Of a DNA stretch of 64,000 bases, positions 1-13,126 are shown in pieces (within the stretch, counting starts at the first letter, position 1; each line of letters opens with the position of its first letter). The stretch covers positions 19,530,001 through 19,594,000 of the forward strand of contig CP075492.1 of the NCBI GenBank assembly GCA_021613535.1, in the 5' to 3' direction. The stretch comes from Adineta vaga. Its lineage: Eukaryota; Animalia; Rotifera. The notes under the pieces were generated by a model. The model was not told the DNA's origin and made no database searches. It saw nothing but the letters and a program-made list of their open reading frames with translations. Position numbers and translations under genes: made by a program.

Positions 1-424
1 GAACCGCAACCTGAACGTCAAGTAATTGTATGTTCGGCGGATGCTCCTTCGCCTATTAAATATCCACAACCATATTATAAAACTAATCCATATGAAACTT
101 TTGACGCACGTATAGCAAAACGCTTTGAAAAACTTGTTGGTCGAGATTATCTTGCCCATTATAAAGCTCGTTATGGGTCATCATTCCTAGTTCCAACAAC
201 ACCTCATCAACGAGATCGTGATGCTGACCTTTTTGAAAATGTAATATATAATCTTTTATTCAAAAAATCTTTCAAAATACATACTATTTTTAATTATTTT
301 ATTTTAGTCTCGTTCTATATCATCATTTTCAGGATACTGTCAGTGTTCATGCAGAAGTCTCGACTATCATCGACGAAATGAATTCATCAATAGCGATGAT
401 CGTTATAAAAGAATATTCTATTGA
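1..424 (+). CDS. 3' end of an uncharacterised protein (exon 1-240, intron 241-307, exon 308-424)
   Basis: Open frame from base 1 (EPQPERQVIV...YKARYGSSFL...DLFEN), GT donor at 241, TAG acceptor at 305-307, then SRSISSF...KRIFY and TGA at 422-424. AATAAA follows downstream. Confidence 0.55.
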
Positions 425-625
425 TTTTCTTCTCTGTTGAGGAAGGTTGATTGAATTAAGTCTATTGATTTGATAACAAGAAGAAAAATACTTTTTTTTT
501 CGTTTGTAAAATAATAAATTTACTCTTATCCTGACTATTTTCTCAATATGAAGTGAGCCTTATTTCCTGCGACCATCAAAACAACTTGAAATGAAAAGAT
601 TGAATGAGAAATCTATTTAAAAAAA

Positions 626-1060
626 AAAGCAACGCTCGCCAAGTGGACCCGCTTGACCCTCGACTGAGTGTCGATCTAAGTATCATTTGTTATCTATAAT
701 TACATCCTGACTTGAAAACTTTTCCTAATTTCAATAGATACACATATTTAGGGTATACCAAAAGTTGGTGTCCCGATGTTTAAGATTTTATAGAAAAGTA
801 GATATTGAATATTTTCAGTGAAATGTCTCATCTTTATGAATCTATAGAGCTGCTCTACTTGAAAAACAAACAAAAATATCACATTGGCATACATTTCTGA
901 GTCATTTTTCTAACAACATAATCACATGCTACTGAACGAAAAAAATTGTATACATACCATGCTTTTTTCTATGCATCATAATTGAATACAAATCTTCGTC
1001 ACTAAATTTCTGATCAAAAATATATTAAACGTATCAAGTACGCGAGAGTTTAGGGGGAAA
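626..1060 (+). mobile_element. Degenerate HINE/Helentron-like non-autonomous element
   Basis: 5' end GCAACGCTCGCC...CTTGACCCTCGAC matches the 14960 copy (GTAACGCTCGCC...CTTAACCCTCGAC). A possible inverted subterminal repeat ACGCGAGAGTT lies near 1040. Confidence 0.4.
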
Positions 1061-1115
1061 ATATGTGATCTCTTTGACATCCACTTACCTTTATGTTCTC
1101 TTTTCAGGTAAAAAC

Positions 1116-1786
1116 ATGCAAATCATTAATATCTCGTATTTATTCATTTTACTCCATTATTATACAATAATTGATGTAACAAATGCCTTTCCATGTGACC
1201 GAAAAGTCTCCCTAATAAATATAGATCAACAGAACCAACCACCAACTACAAATGATAAAAGACTAATCACGTACAGACAGAATCAAGAAATTCCATTTAA
1301 ATATCAATCTGCACAAAACATCGATCAAAAAGAAATGTTGATGGAGGAAGAAATGATCTGAAAGCATTCCAAAACACGATAAATGATAATCGAAGCATGA
1401 TTGAGTACCTCATCAACAACTCAATCAGTCATTCGGTTATAACAGATGCTCTACTGAATCATTCAAGCCGAACCCCTTCATTCACTAACTGGAGAGATAT
1501 AGTAGATGTGCTCTGTATAACAACGTTCATATCCATCATTCTGTACATCATCTTCTGTAAAGTTGGACTACCCCCGTGCGATCAACTTCTTCTTTACATC
1601 CTTTGGCCACTCCTTCCAAGAACTGAAATTAAAAGTTCGACACATAACGACCAAAGCATATCAAAAGGCATCCACACGAAAACAACACCAATCCATACAT
1701 TGGTACTATCAGCAGCGTCAACAATTGATAATCAAATATTCAAGCTAGACAATATAGCCCAAAACACCCTTTTTATCATAAAGTGA
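1116..1786 (+). pseudogene. Frameshifted signal-peptide/coiled-coil/TM protein, possibly a retroelement accessory ORF
   Basis: ORFs 1065-1361 and 1397-1786 join through one frameshift near 1355 (EEE-NDLKAFQNTINDNRSMIEYL). The product has a hydrophobic N-terminus and a TM segment VLCITTFISIILYIIFC. The strand is A/C-rich. Confidence 0.35.
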
Positions 1787-2114
1787 TAGCGACCATCGAT
1801 GAGAATTCATCAGAAACCTATCACTTTCTCATGAAGACCAAATACAGCTCTCTTTTCCTTCTATGAGTAATAAAAACGTGCGTTTCACAAATACTTTCTT
1901 TCTTTCTTCCAACAAAACTTTCACTGAAACATAAGCACAAGAGAATACTCTACCACATATCTGCACGTACACAACTATATTCTTCTAACCATACTATCAT
2001 AATAAACTAACATAAAATGCAACCAAACATCAAAAAGAAACTTCAATCATCCCTATCTAGAAAACTTCATAGTGAAGTCGAGATGCTCTCAATAAAGATG
2101 ATGGTGGAGTTCGT

Positions 2115-2156
2115 GGTGTCCTGATGATGTCATTGAAGATGACGAAACGTCAAAAA
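2115..2156 (+). ncRNA. Degenerate hammerhead-ribozyme-like motif
   Basis: CTGATGA-T-GTCAT(TGAAG)ATGAC-GAAA-CGTC. Stem II is intact but stem I pairs poorly. Confidence 0.35.
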
Positions 2157-2519
2157 CATAAGAAACCCAGTGAAAACTTTTCATGAAATAGAACGGCAAC
2201 GAACGCGTTCCAAAAAAATAACTCAACTTTTTTTAAGAAAAAAAAGCATTATTAAAATTTTTGTATTTAATATTATTTCTAACTTTCAGTTTAATATTAT
2301 AGATATGAAGATCTAACTTAATTATATATATATATATATACTTTGGCAATGGATCGCAATACATCTTAATATAATATTCATGTAAATACACGTCATTAAA
2401 TAACGTTATTCATATGTTCGACGACAAGAAATATATTGCAAAGAAAGTATTAATGGTTAATTATTTCTTGAAATGAAACGTAAGTATATTTTAATCTCAT
2501 AGAATGCATACTTATACAT

Positions 2520-3240
2520 ATAAAAAAATAACTTCTTGTATCTAATATTATTCACTCGATAGATCTTTAGGATACTATTCTAAATTTCAGACAACTTTAC
2601 CTCGTCAGCAAAATCAGTAAGATCAGGCATTTTAACATTTATTTTTCGTCTTCGTTTGTTGGAGCGACCGTAGGCTTCAAGACCTTGACGAACCGATAAA
2701 AAATTAATGATTGAATCTTTTTTTGCATGAAATAAATCCGACTTTCCATAAGCTAAACAAAAATAATTTTTACCAAAATATTTGAATAAATTGCATCATT
2801 CATACCTGGTCGAGTAAATAAAGATAAAAAAAAGTGTTGTTGGTGTACTCTGTCGATTATTACGATACATGTAATTGTCTTTACCAAGGAAAAGATGCCA
2901 AGGCGAAAACATATTGCAGCATACCTACAGGATCGTGCATATAGACACGTGAGTGTTCCTCCAACCAAGCATTGATATATGGTGAAACAACAAGTGATGG
3001 ATCTGATATAGCTTCGTTATAAATTCGAGTCGTGGCACGTTGAATGTGCTCGGAAACAGTAGATTGGGATGATCCTAAATTACGACTTTTTCTTACGGAC
3101 ATGTTAAAATTATCTCGAACGAACTGATTAACTGTTTAGCAATATCCTTTATATACGAAGAAGAAATTTCGAAATTATCATATATAATATAGCCTTTGTA
3201 TAGATGGTCGTTTGTCCTTCCAGACAATATATCCTCTACG
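2520..3240 (-). pseudogene. Disrupted coding remnant of unknown family
   Basis: Consecutive protein-like segments (LSGRTNDHLYKGY..., QRATTRIYNEAISDPSLVVSPYINAWLEEHSR...) are broken by stops. Confidence 0.3.
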
Positions 3241-4180
3241 AAGAGGAAGAAAGAAAAATATGTCTTTTTAGCAATGTGATTAAGCAGAAAAGCATATACT
3301 TCAAACATGCCAGAGAAATTTAAATTAACGATCTATTCATGATGAACTTATGCAAAAACTTTAAAATGAAAAATAATTCAAAAAGAAAAAAATATAATAT
3401 ATAAAGCTTTTTAATCGTTGAATCATTTAAGAAAAAAACTGAATGAATAATTCAATATTACACACATCTGAATAATAATAAATCTTACAAAGAAATGAAT
3501 ACAAGATGAAATACAGAACACATCGTACTGACAAAGATTTTTTCTAAAAGATGCTTTCATTCGTTCTTTACAGATCTTAAACTAATCACTTTTTTCTAGA
3601 ATAAAATTACAATCATATCGAATGAGCTAGGATCATTACAACATTAATTTCAATGCAAATATTTTTACATATAAAATTGAATTTAATATCAAGTTCGACA
3701 GCATATCATAAAGTACACAAGGTTCGACAGAAAAATATAGGTCGCATTTTGTTTTCGCGAATACCAAAGAAATAACTACATGAACAATATTTACATCAAT
3801 AAAGCAAAGTTGATTGATATATGTACCTGTAATCAACTAAATATGAATTATAACAACTTCATTTATTCAACAATTACTCATTGTAAAACTATTTAGACGC
3901 TACAAGTCGCATCACATTTGTGAATAAAACTTATCGGAAAACAAACATATATCATGTTCGCATCGGTGCAGCTGTCATTATTATTCAAAATAATTGCCAA
4001 TCCTTCAATTCCGTAACACGATCAATATTTCGGATATTACACTGCAATATTATAAATAATTTATTAGATCTACTTCTACTAGACTTTACTGTAATCCATA
4101 TAGGCTTCTTTTGATCGATCATTCTTTTTATCTGTTTAGTGATGATATGCTCTGTATCGGATAGAACAATATATCAATAG

Positions 4181-4380
4181 ATCAACTGATTCCGGAATGG
4201 CCAGGAATGACCAGGAATTCCGCTTGGGAATTCAATCGTTCTTGAGGGTTGTCTTTTCATCAACTAACATATTACAACAATTCCGGAATAGGCAGGAAAT
4301 GCAGGAGTTTGATTGCATTTGTAGAAATCGAATGCCAGCTGCTGCGGATTTGAATAAGAGGAATTCCGGAATTGATTGAT
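4181..4380. mobile_element. MITE, ~200 bp, rich in GGAAT/ATTCC
   Basis: Imperfect terminal inverted repeats ATCAACTGATTCCGGAAT and ATTCCGGAATTGATTGAT. GC-richer than its flanks. Confidence 0.6.
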
Positions 4381-4648
4381 TGGCACTTTAGTGATGATAA
4401 GTAATTGTGCAGTTACAAAATCTTTTTCGTCGTATCATATTTCTCTTTTAAAAGTCATAAAACTTCCATAGTTTCAAATAGATCATTTATTTTATAGAAA
4501 TAGAAGTCAAAGTAACGTTCAAATGATGAATATGGATTATATTTTTATTCTATTTACGATTGTAACGAACAATTAGTTGAATTAGTTCTTTCGAAAAATA
4601 GTCCTAGATAAAATATACATATAGAAACTACTTGAATGAGAAAAATAT

Positions 4649-4690
4649 AGGGTGTGGATGAAGAAGGTATATCCTCATCCACACCCTCAG
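4649..4690. repeat. Telomere-hexamer inverted repeat (hairpin site)
   Basis: AGGGTGTGGATGA-13 nt-TCATCCACACCCT is a perfect 13-bp stem, followed by CAG. Confidence 0.85.
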
Positions 4691-5163
4691 TTATATCAGA
4701 TAATCCTCAAGGAAACAATATCAATTTTGATGTTCCGTTTGATTGAATATATTTGTCCTTTCGATTATTCTCATCGAATGATTTATGCTTTTTACGTCCT
4801 TATACTCGATGCATCTTGATGTTCTTTTCGTACGATCTTTTCTTACCTTTTCCGTGACAGACAAGTATATAATCGCGTGTTTTGCATCCGAGTGGATGTG
4901 ATTCTTGAAAAAAAAAAAATAAATGCGTCGTTCTATTGATGCATATATCTCTTCCATTAAAATCATTACAACTATTATGTTGAAATAAATGAGACAAAAT
5001 ATTTTTATCAAATTATCTTTTAGACTAGATCCATAAATGTGTAAAACAATATTAAATTTCATCTCATTGAACTAGAAGCCTATAAAAACCTAAGAAAAAA
5101 ACTTTTTTTTAAAATAAACATCATTATTTTGCGTCTAAAACTTATTCCAAAAAGTACATAAAC

Positions 5164-6088
5164 ATGACAGATATACTATACATTGTTCGTATTATACAAG
5201 CTAGCATTTTCATTCTTATAGTTCCATTTCCATTACTTTATCTTCTAACAATCATTTCTATCAAACGTTTTCATACTGCAAATAATATTCTGACGGCTAA
5301 TTTCTGTTTATGTTGTCTCATGTGCGTTATGTACTGGACTATAGAGAAAACGTCCAGTGTATTCGATATATACGTTCTTTATAGAACTCCTATCTTAATA
5401 ACACTTACAGTATCTGCTGGACAAATCCTAAATTGTTTAGTAGTTCATTCTCTAGTAGCCATTACTATTAGTCGATGTTTTACAATATGTTTTCCAATGA
5501 AAAGATTTTTTAAAAGTAAAACTTGGATATATTTATCAATAATTTTACAATGGATATTTACTTTACTTATCTCAATACTAATTGTACTTAATAATTCAAA
5601 GGTAAAATCAGTGAAATAAAAAAATATTTTCCTTCTATTATTTGTAGGAAAGTGTCGGTGATATTGGATTCTCCAGTTGGATTTGGTCCTATACTTTATC
5701 CATCATAGTTATAATTCCTGTAATTGTTAACATAATTTTTAATGGAATTATTGTGGTTTTTGTTCGATCATCTAGTCGACGTGTTCATGAGATCACGGTG
5801 GTTGTCACATCTATAACAAATACAAATCATCAACAACACCGTCGAGATATAAAATTACTCAAACATATCATTTTCTTATTTATTGTATTTATTTTAGGAT
5901 GGGGACCACTTTATATTGTTTTAGCTCTGACAGATCTCATATTACCAGATTGGTTGTATAGTGTATTACAGATTCCACCTACATTTGCTACTATTATTCA
6001 AGTAGTGGATTTATTTATTTATAATCATGAAGTTCGTCAGTATTGGAAAGAACGTATAAATCGTTGTTTCGATCAAATTCATCGTTAA
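5164..6088 (+). CDS. Small rhodopsin-like 7TM receptor (exons 5164-5601, 5648-6088)
   Basis: Hydrophobic helices, a TM3-end motif ISRCFTICFP and TM6 FILGWGP. The 46-nt GT-AG intron restores frame into ORF 5753-6088. Confidence 0.85.
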
Positions 6089-6427
6089 CTAGAAGAACTA
6101 TTCTTATAGTTTTATGTCAATACTTTGTATGTTGTTTTACTTTAAATAAAATAAACTCTATAATCGTATATATTATTATCATCATCTTCTTCATTGATTC
6201 CGATCATTAATATATTGAAATTGATGTCTGTGAATATATTATCTATAATTGACTAAAAAAAGATTCAAAGAATTAATCAGTTATAAACATATAAAATGAT
6301 AAATGAAATAAATAGTGCGCAATAATTCTATAGATATAAAATATACGTATAATTAAGCACTCAAAAACATTAAGATGTAGATGATAAAAAAAAAGAGAAA
6401 AATAATTTCAATTATAATCTTCATCAT

Positions 6428-6480
6428 CTTGCGGGTGTGGGTATAGATTCTTTATTTCAACCCGCACCCACACCCTCAAG
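6428..6480. repeat. Telomere-hexamer inverted repeat (hairpin site)
   Basis: CTTGCGGGTGTGGGT-ATAGAT...-ACCCACACCCTCAAG, a 14/15 stem match. Confidence 0.9.
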
Positions 6481-7102
6481 TCATATATACAATGTTTTTT
6501 TTCTCGAAACGATCGATTTAACATAATTAATTGAAGATATTATCATTTCTTTTCTTTGATAATTAATCGAAAGAAAATTACATATTATCTAATAAAAACT
6601 TTATCTTTCATTTAATCATTTATTCGTTCTTTTCATATACATTACAAATCAATTATATCGAAAAAGCTCGGGAAAGATATACACTCAGCATTCACTATAA
6701 AACATTTTCATTGAAATAAAGATTTATTTGATTTTATTATTAAATTAAAAATGAATAATGTATTTTTAATCATTGATTTATATATTCATAGATATAAAAA
6801 TTGATATAAAAAGAAATGTTCGAAAAGTTTCAAATAATAAAGATGAACTTTTTCGTTTAATACGTGAAGATATTTTAATATCTGAAGAAGATTTTTTTAT
6901 CAACAAATATATTTGATCTTTTTATTGAAGAATAATCAACAGATCAAATAGCTAAAATGGATTTAATAAATTATTGTCAAGAATAATATAAAAATAATAT
7001 TTGAAAATGAATATTCATCAGAAAATACAATTCAATGATTATGATGAAAAACTTATGGAATTAATTACATTTGTATATCGTGATCAACAAGTATCGGAAG
7101 TA

Positions 7103-8913
7103 CCCACGGGAAAATATTTAAGTCGCTACCGCTGAAGGACGCGGTTTTTTCATAATGGTTGAGGTTGTGTCTTGAAAGATCGCGGTCCGCAAAATAAATC
7201 GCACTTGACCGCGGTGTTTTTTATCGCAATATCGATTTAGCACCGTAAACTCGAACGAAACTGCAATGTTCACACCGTTGAATATCGTGGTTTCAGAAAA
7301 GCTTGATAACACATAGATTAGTTGCGGTATTCGAGAATCACCATACATTACGATATTATATTTTGTGAACTTTCTATTACGAACCGCGATCTTCTCATTA
7401 TGTACGAAGATATCATTGCTCTAAATGATTTCGTGTTAGTAATATGGTCATATTTTTTATGTGATTTTTGTCATAATGATATATCACAACAATTTCCATT
7501 CATATAATCACAGTTAAAATTAAAAAAAGATATTTCTGATTGAAGTTAGATTCAGTTTTTTTCCATTGACAAATGAAATGAGATGAGATAAAAAGACTTG
7601 CTCTGAAAGTCAAATTGCGAAGAAATTATTAAAATAAATTCAAATAGACGTTATAGATTAATCTAATATTATATTGAGTGAAAATAGACATGAGCACATT
7701 TTAAAGATACTCAGGCAGAAAAAATCGATAAAAAAACGCGATTCGCGAGAAAAAAACAACGTTCTTATGTTGTTTTTTTCCAACAGAACCTTTATTAACT
7801 ACGTTATAAAATACACTTTTGTGCGCGTACAAACGTTGTTATTGCCTATTTTCTGTCGGGAAGAAAGAACATCGTTTATACGGGGACAAAAGTGTATTTT
7901 ATAACGTAGTTAATAAAGGTTCTGTTGGATAAAAACAACATAAGAACGTTGTTTTTTTCTCGCGAATCGCGTTTTTTTATCGATTTTTTCTGTCTGGGTA
8001 TTATAGTCAGATTTCGTTGAGATGATCATTTGTGACAATATGTTCATGAGATAGTAAAAGTTCAGAGATAAAAATAGACACAAATCTGCTTTTTCGACTG
8101 ATGGAATCAAGATAAGTCTACCGAATAGTATTCTCATGCGTTCTGACGTACAAACCTACATATAGGCAGAACTGTAATAATATTTCAAATAGTTAGACTT
8201 TGTCATAACACATGATAACGCAGTTCATCAACTAAAGATACTCATGAGTGTATATTTGTCTCCAGAGATGATTTTATTCGAATAGATTGTGTTTATAGTT
8301 TAATTATCATGACTATGAGTGATAAATAAGATTTTATATATATCCCGTAGAGCACATCATCAACATGAATATCTCATAAAATTTAATAAAATTATAAATG
8401 GGATATAAATTATTAGGAATTATAAGATTCTTATAAATCTACTAATAAATGAAACATATCAGTTTAAATGAGAAGATTTTTTATCACTGATTAGATTAGA
8501 CTATCATATCTGATATTAGTATGAACATCACCGGACGGTTAAATGGAATTAGTGGATTGCAATCATTCGATAAGAAGTTCGAATCTAATCAGAAGAAAAC
8601 AAAATAAAAAATAGATAATGATATTTTATGAATTGACCGAAGTGTTAAAGTATCATCTTAAGATAATGGATAGGTTACAAACATAGAAATGTTAAAGATT
8701 ACCAGATACATGTCAGAAATAATATACCATCGATATGATGAATTCATTTTTTTCAAAAACCTTCAATAACCACGATTTGAACATACGGCGGTTTCGGGCG
8801 GTGTAGAAAAACCTAATAAAACGTCTGACTTTTTCGGTACAAAATCACCGTTCAAAACCGCAAGTAATAAACCGTTAATTACCGCGGTATTTATTAAAAA
8901 AATTTTCCATGGG
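7103..8913. mobile_element. Non-autonomous TIR transposon with TA target duplication (1811 bp)
   Basis: TA|CCCACGGGAAAAT ... ATTTTCCATGGG|TA, with CCGC/GCGG-rich subterminal regions. It interrupts an ART reading frame. Confidence 0.85.
7710..7998. mobile_element. Foldback MITE nested in the 7103-8913 element
   Basis: TA|CTCAGGCAGAAAAAATCG ... CGATTTTTTCTGTCTGGG|TA, with near-perfect inverted arms of more than 110 bp. Confidence 0.9.
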
Positions 8914-9561
8914 TAGAATTGGAGAAATTAGAGAGAAGTGTTGGCAAATATATATCAATTTATAGACATATTTTTCAGTAATAGATAAAGCAGTTGCTTT
9001 AGATTATGTTACTCATCCATCAGCTATTCTATTTGAAATTGATACGAAAAATCAATTATTAAATATAAGAAAATGGAATAAAGTTAATTATTATGATTAT
9101 ATTCATCTTTAGTTATATTATATTTTCAAAAAAGAGATTATCATGAAACTCTCGGATATTCGAAAGAATGATTACATATTTTATTAAATACAGTACCAAA
9201 AAATCATTTAAATGATATTTTTACATACTGATAACATTTGGTGTTTAGGCAAAGATATAATGACTGACACGATGAGTTACATTCTTATTTCTCTTCACTT
9301 ATAAAACTAATTTTATAAGAATTATAATACATATATATATCAATACAATAAAGGGACTAAATAGAGCTAATCAATAAATAAAAAAAGTAAATAAATTGAT
9401 AAAATTAATCTATTATTTTTCATTCTATCCGAATAAAATTTAAATATTCAAAGAGATTCTGTTTTTTTTTTGTTTAATTGATGATGTACGATTTATTCTA
9501 TAGTATTTTTGTGTATATTTTATGTTAAAAAAATGATTCCATTGTTTATATTTCACTTTGT

Positions 9562-11543
9562 TTACCACCATAAATGACAAAGTCCATAATAATCTTGCAA
9601 ACAATCGATGGGCATATTTTGTGATTGAATTAAAGTTTGTATTTTCTTATATAAAGATGAATCTAAACTAAAGATTGATAATAGGTGTAAATATGGTGTT
9701 TTCTCAATAGTTTTTGTTAATAAATATTCTATGAAAAAACTTTCGCACATTGATATGGTTAAATGTTCTACTCTTGGAAAAAGACGTATCATTGATTTCA
9801 TATCATCATATGAACATTCTTGTATTGCAATTTTAACATATTTTATTTTATTTTCAACAGATATCGTATTCAATGTTTCATCGAATTTTAAATAATTTAC
9901 ATTCATTCCATCGAGACCACCTCCACTCAGAGATACTTTTTGAATGTTAGGTAAAGAAATAATTAATTGAAGTAAATCTTCAAAATATTCATCCGAAATA
10001 TAAATATCTAATTCAATAATTCGTTCCAGAGGAAGAATATTTTTAAGAATAATTGGTGAAATATAATTCTTTTCTTCCCAAGGAGTTCCAAGTTTAAAAG
10101 TAAGTTGTTTAACATTTGGAAAATAATTCGACCAATTCACTACCCAGGTCGAACGATCTTTGCTACAGGATTCCGGTGCGGATTTCATCAGATTTTGTCG
10201 GAATCCGTTAAAATCCGACAGGATCATCATCGGAAATGCTAGGAATTCGGTCGGAACCGGCATTCGGAATCCTGTAGCAAAGATTCCGGCACAACTCGAT
10301 AGGATCAGATTGAAATTACTCGCGTCCGACAGGATCCGATGTACCCGTTTGGACCTGGGTAAATCCTTTTCGTTTCTTAATTGAAGATGATGCACTGAAT
10401 TTATGTATGTTTTTTCTCTCATAATTGGACAAGTTGTTTTTCGTAATTCCAACTTTAATTTAAATTTTCTTTCTATCTAATCAATCAATAGATCAATTTT
10501 TACCTATATGGATCTATTGAATAAATAAATAGTTCACAATAATTCTCGGATTCTCGCATATGATAAGCAAAAAACCATTGTCGTTCAAACCAAAATGAGG
10601 ACTGAAATTTTTCAAGTAATTTTAAGTATATTGCACCGTGCATTCTTTGTGTATGAATATGTTGTTGTAGATCAAATATTCTTAAATGTGGCATATACAA
10701 TGGAATAAGTGTTTCCCATCGATTTGCATCCAAATATGATTTATCTGCTGGTGTTGACAGATGTAAAACTTGAACATGATGAAGAACATATTTAATTACA
10801 GGTTCAAATTGATCAAAATACACGCGTCCAAGATTCAAATAAACATGAGTTAATTGATTTGGAAGAATCAAATTGATTTCTGATCCTACATACAGATTTG
10901 ATAGTTCATGAATCGATAAACGATGAAGTTCAGGGGCATTTGAAAGAAGAGGAGCAAATTCATCAAGACGAAATTCTTCATCAACAATCAAATGTGTAAT
11001 GGAACTAAAAGTATTTGTTGCAAATGGTAAACATTCCTCATAAGTAGATTTTTGAATTGAAAATTTACAATATTTTAATGAAGATAATCGAAATATTTGT
11101 TCATATAAACGATTTCTATTGGGAAGACGAAATTTGAAAATAATAGTTAATGAAGAAAGATTTGGTAATAATGAAAGATTATCGAAAAGATTATCCATAG
11201 CACTTGATGGAATAGAATTGATAATGAATGTTTGAAGATGAAGAAATTTTGGAATAATAGAAGTAGATGAGAGAAAAATATCAATAATAAATGGATTTGT
11301 TAAATAAACCGATTGAATTCGGTGAGCATGTGGAAGAATAATGTTGTTATAATAAGTGGTAAAAGATGATTTTGTTATAGATCCAAGATGAATTTTAATT
11401 GGTGAAGTTGAATTGATGAAGAGATTTCGAAAACGTTGATTCTGATTAGCAAAGGTTTCATCGCATTGAAAATAATCGAGATATTCGAATATTTCATAGA
11501 GAATTTCATTAGCAAGATTTTCAAATGTCGTTGTTTCGTTCAT
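9562..11543 (-). CDS. F-box/LRR-like protein (two exons) carrying an in-frame MITE
   Basis: N-terminal F-box FENLANEILYEIFEYL, LRR-like repeats, and family motifs YLDANRWE and FWFERQWFF. A GT donor follows PYR at about 10503. The in-frame acceptor implies a short (~35 nt) intron, so that boundary is uncertain. Confidence 0.75.
10143..10359. mobile_element. MITE (217 bp) with TA target duplication
   Basis: TA|CCCAGGTC ... GACCTGGG|TA, with an internal GGATT/AATCC-rich sequence. Confidence 0.9.
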
Positions 11544-12240
11544 AATATCGACAAACTTTTGAAAAATAACTTGACAGTGTCTGTATTAATACTTGGAAAA
11601 AGCCAAGTAAATAACTTATTTTGAATCAATATAAAAAAGAATGTGTGCACAAGTCAGACGACAACAAAAATCTTGTTGTCTTGCGTTCTGTTGATAATAT
11701 ATGACTCATCTTCAAAAGGTGTTGGGTGAAGAAAAAGGTATTATTTAATAAATACTCTGTTCTTTTTTCATATTTTAGTTCATAGGGAAAACGAAATTAA
11801 AATTCATTTTGTATTACCAATACTTTTCTCAGCAAGAAGAAGCAGAAATTCACAATATTTATCGAATCTTCTAAAATAGAAATGTAATTTGCTTAGAGAG
11901 TCTATACTCTTAAACATTTCTATCGTATACGTAAATATCAGAAGAAATATTTTTTGTTGAAAAAATTAATCTATAAAAATTGTTCGGTGATATTACCTAT
12001 TTACATCCAATGTAAAGCGCTCTCACAAAGTTAAGTAAACGAGAAAGCACTGAAAAATCTAAATATGTATAGTTTGAATCGTGATTCTATTCAGATTCTA
12101 TCATTATAATAGCTAAATTCTACAAAAAATAGTTTAGCATGTAAGGAAATAGCATATATGTATTCGAATATAATTCGCCAAGAACAGTTTTTTTAAATAA
12201 ATTATCATATCAAACAAATATCAAAACCATGTGATATTAA

Positions 12241-12644
12241 CCCTTTGACTACCAAATTATTTTTTGCTAGATTGAATTGAAGTAATTCATTGAATTAGCT
12301 TATTCTAGGTGTTAGAACATATATCAGAACTTATAAAGTGTTTGCATGAAATAACAAAAAGCAATTTTTGTTTTGTTTTACACAAAAAAGAAATATCACA
12401 AAAACTGCATTTTATGATACTAAATACTGGACGAGCTTTTGTACTGCAATATTCACATCTTCCTTTAGATTCGTCGACAGGCATATGTGCTAATAATGGA
12501 GTTGACAAAGATTTGTTCTCTGTTGTCATTCGAATTCGTCTTCGCTTTTGAGCAGAGACGTTAATAGGTCTACCTCTTCGTTTTCGAGACATAACGTTAC
12601 CAAGAAGTGACATTGAAATAGAAGAGAGGAAGTCAATGTAATCT
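12241..12644 (-). mobile_element. piggyBac 3' end remnant (transposase Cys-rich C-terminus plus TIR)
   Basis: TTAA|CCCTTTGACTACC terminus. The minus-strand peptide RKRRGRP..HMP..KGRCEYCS..KCSFCDISFLC resembles the piggyBac C-terminal cysteine-rich domain and is frameshifted near its end. Confidence 0.7.
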
Positions 12645-12800
12645 ATGTGTTGTTCATTTTTTCGAAACAAAGTAGACGTCGACCTCCCCTTGGATGTAGA
12701 GACCATTTCTGGAAAGTTTCATTGCATTTGCTTGTACAGCCTTCAAATGCATAGCGAACAGACAAACAAACAAACAAACTTTCTTCTTTATATATATAGA
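12645..12800 (-). mobile_element. Non-autonomous Helitron, 5' portion
   Basis: The minus strand begins A|TCTATATATATAAAGAAGAAAGTTTGTTTG. It shares AACAAAGTAGACGTCGACCT and ATGCATAGCGAACA with the copy at 25200-25339. Confidence 0.75.
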
Positions 12801-13126
12801 TTAAAATTCTTATGGTGCCGCAAAGTCATATTTCAGACCAGACATGATTTTGTTTGAAAAAATACAATAATCTACTTACTGCGATAAAAATATATAATAC
12901 ATTTCGTTTTAATCCGTCGCAAGTACTTTATACAATATATAGTTCTATATATCACGATGATAATTTGTTTTTTAATGCCATATTTCTGAGATAATTTCGA
13001 TAAGATAAATCATATATTTGTTTCGAGATAAAAATTTCACTTTGATTGGTACTGTTGAATTGTATATAAACAGCATGTAATATTTCATTTTACATAAAAC
13101 ATTGACATATTGCAAGTTTCTACGAC

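Larger units (their letters stand above)
6880..9060 (+). pseudogene. Degenerate ADP-ribosyltransferase (ART) domain remnant split by a transposon
   Basis: Removing 7103-8913 plus one TA gives VYRDQQVSEV-ELEKLERSVGKYISI...DKAVALDY...AILFEIDT, matching the YRGQ..LFEI layout of the other ART genes in this window. Confidence 0.6.

Noticed and set aside
6424-6484. TCAT on both sides of the 6428 hairpin as a TSD
   Set aside because: Not reproduced at other copies, so probably chance.
7674-8137. ORFs 7674-7904 (+) and 7910-8137 (-) sharing similar text
   Set aside because: Mirror translations of the palindromic MITE at 7710-7998.
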